Shown: positions 26,938 to 27,208 of the stretch, one piece after another
How the letters are laid out: every line of letters starts with the position of its first letter
Numbering within the stretch: the stretch's first letter is position 1
NCBI GenBank assembly: GCA_964493715.1
Contig: CAZBPC010000041.1
Span: forward strand, 1 to 27,208
DNA length: 27,208 nt
Origin: an uncultured archaeon
Lineage (GTDB): Archaea > Asgardarchaeota > Lokiarchaeia > Sigyniarchaeales > SOKP01
Direction: 5' to 3'
Translations under genes and position numbers: made by a program
The notes under the pieces: generated by a model
What the model was told of the DNA's origin: nothing
Databases searched by the model: none
What the model saw: the letters and a program-made list of their open reading frames with translations, nothing else

Positions 26938-27132
26938 AATAACATATAATATCAAATAGACTTAAATAAAGCATTTCTAATGAAATAAAAAGGAATATTA
27001 TGTTATACATTAAAATAATAACTTAAAATGTGAAATAAATTAGAGAAAATAAGGAGAATGTAAATCCTTATCTTTAAATTTATTCCATTTTTTTGATCGA
27101 TGGGCACGAAATATATGAAACATTGAAATCAA

Positions 27133-27208
27133 ATGCAGGATTCTAGTTCAGAATTTTACATGGTTTCTTCTGGAAAATTGATTTATTCAAGGGCAAGAGA
27201 AGAAGAAA
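27133..27208 (+). CDS. Possible 5' end of a gene running off the window
   Basis: ATG CAG GAT... stays open to the edge (MQDSSSEFYMVSSGKLIYSRAREEE). Confidence 0.35.
   Translation, partial: MQDSSSEFYMVSSGKLIYSRAREEE

Noticed and set aside
1-27208. CRISPR arrays, transposases, integrases or prophage genes
   Set aside because: No regularly spaced repeats or mobile-element motifs seen; the gene after the tRNA is housekeeping rpoK, not an integrase

Overview
AT-rich archaeal chromosomal window, most likely Asgard (Lokiarchaeia-like), judged from a highly eukaryote-like actin, a Rab-like GTPase, PAN and Rpo6. From left to right it holds: the 3' part of a tRNA-Val(CAC) with two non-canonical introns, rpo6/rpoK, a winged-helix hypothetical, a GNAT, and PAN divergent from lokiactin. 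Next is a ~12.7 kb minus-strand hdrC-hdrB-hdrA(split)-mvhD/wHTH-hdrA(fused)-mvhD-flxCBA-like-frhB-like cluster with no hydrogenase large subunit. The accessory region that follows has three tandem Cys-rich microproteins preceded by a short uORF, a coiled-coil/RHH/PCI-like protein with repeated boxes upstream, an Lrp regulator, a Rab-like GTPase with degenerate G1-G3, an unannotated 57-aa Cys-rich ORF, a SAM methyltransferase, a 4-TM protein, the GMP synthase ATPPase subunit and MsrA. The strongest candidates for undescribed biology are the Cys-rich triplet, the dual-input Hdr cluster, the double-intron tRNA and the pseudo-GTPase. All calls come from reading motifs by eye; no searches were run.
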